Below, one piece after another: positions 63,199 through 64,000 of a stretch of 64,000 nt of DNA. The notes below the pieces were generated by a model, which worked only from the letters and a program-made list of their open reading frames with translations, ran no database searches and was not told where the DNA came from. Numbering within the stretch: the first letter of the stretch is position 1; each line of letters starts with the position of its first letter. Position numbers and translations under genes: made by a program. Origin of the DNA: Scyliorhinus canicula (Eukaryota); assembly GCF_902713615.1 (NCBI RefSeq), contig NC_052152.1, positions 85,759,228-85,823,227 on the forward strand, read 5' to 3'.

Positions 63199-63900
63199 AT
63201 CTGATTAAATCTCTGGAAACCCAGGGTAAGAGTTCTTCTCTCTCTCTAGCAAGTCGGGGTACGGTTCTCTTGGGACTACAGAGAAATAAAGCCAGACAAC
63301 AAGCTGAAAGCTAGGTTTGATGCAAAATCAAGTGCCTCTACAGGAAGATAGAGGCCTTGATGCAAACCTATGGCTCAAGGTCCAGCTTTATGAGAACTTA
63401 AGGGTCTCCAGAAATTCTGCTGCCTGTGAATAAGATATTTCCTAAAGTACCAGGATTCTGACTGAATGGCTCTACAAAAAAACCATTACCAGCTGAGAAC
63501 AAAAGAACTAATCTCCCAGCATATGGTGAGAAAAGTGCACCATCCGAAGCAAAGACCTTTAACTTTCCTTCATTCTTATTATTTTCTTTCCCCCACCCAC
63601 CCCATCTGTATTTGTATATCTTGTGTGTGTGGGTAGAGAGTGGGACAGTTAAAAGTGGCGTCAAGTATTCGCTCGTTATTAACTAGTTGTTTTATTGCAT
63701 ATTCTACATTTGTTCTGGTTATAAAAAAACAGTAATTATGTTCAAACTTAACCTGGTGACTGTAATTATTGGGCAGCCAAGGGCCAAAGATCTTGTGCAT
63801 TATCATAAGAATTGTTGGATGATTGGTAGTCCATGTCTGTTGTCACTCTGGGGTATGTGGGGCTGGAATTGACTGTGCAATTGCCCAGGGTGCTGTCATA
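62890..63900 (+). mobile_element. Possible solo LTR-like repeat containing a (CT)n microsatellite (63142-63194)
   Basis: LTR-like composition and organisation only. Termini and TSD are not established. Confidence 0.3.
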
Positions 63901-64000
63901 AAAGTGACACTAATAGAACAATAACCTGCTCACCAGTGCTCAGTTTGTGTCCCATCAGGGTCACTTGATCCTGACCTTATTATAGCCTTGGTCCAAATAT

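Noticed and set aside
39900-64000. Further grik1 exons
   Set aside because: No GIFE/EELAF-like coding segment was seen in the ORF track or by eye. A very short or non-coding exon cannot be excluded.

Overview
Repeat-dense vertebrate genomic DNA, most likely from a cartilaginous fish (HE1-type SINEs, CR1/L2/Rex1/RTE/L1 LINEs and Penelope relics point to a shark; the species cannot be fixed from this window). The only host gene I can recognise is the first coding exon of a kainate receptor, most likely grik1 (39786-39894, + strand): a signal peptide ending ...QVLRI-G followed by a phase-1 GTAAGT donor. It lies in a ~6 kb stretch free of recognisable transposons that also has 5'-UTR microsatellites, two uORFs, a strong CTCF motif and an RE1-like motif. 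Everything downstream is presumably intron 1. The rest is transposable elements: a full-length but disabled Gypsy element (54869-59661), a deleted Gypsy (60390-62718), a five-level nested stack (about 14.5-26.1 kb), a PIF/Harbinger transposon with a spliced Myb/SANT gene and a transposase lacking its catalytic core (29681-34297), and several related MITEs. Most notable: (1) a Gypsy element at the left edge whose primer-binding position is a perfect 16-nt complement of its own LTR poly(A)-signal region instead of a tRNA site; (2) Penelope-derived ~200-bp palindromic insertions carrying minimal hammerhead-ribozyme motifs on both strands; (3) the DDE-less Harbinger with a heptad-expanded Myb partner upstream of grik1. 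All calls come from reading the sequence; no searches were run.
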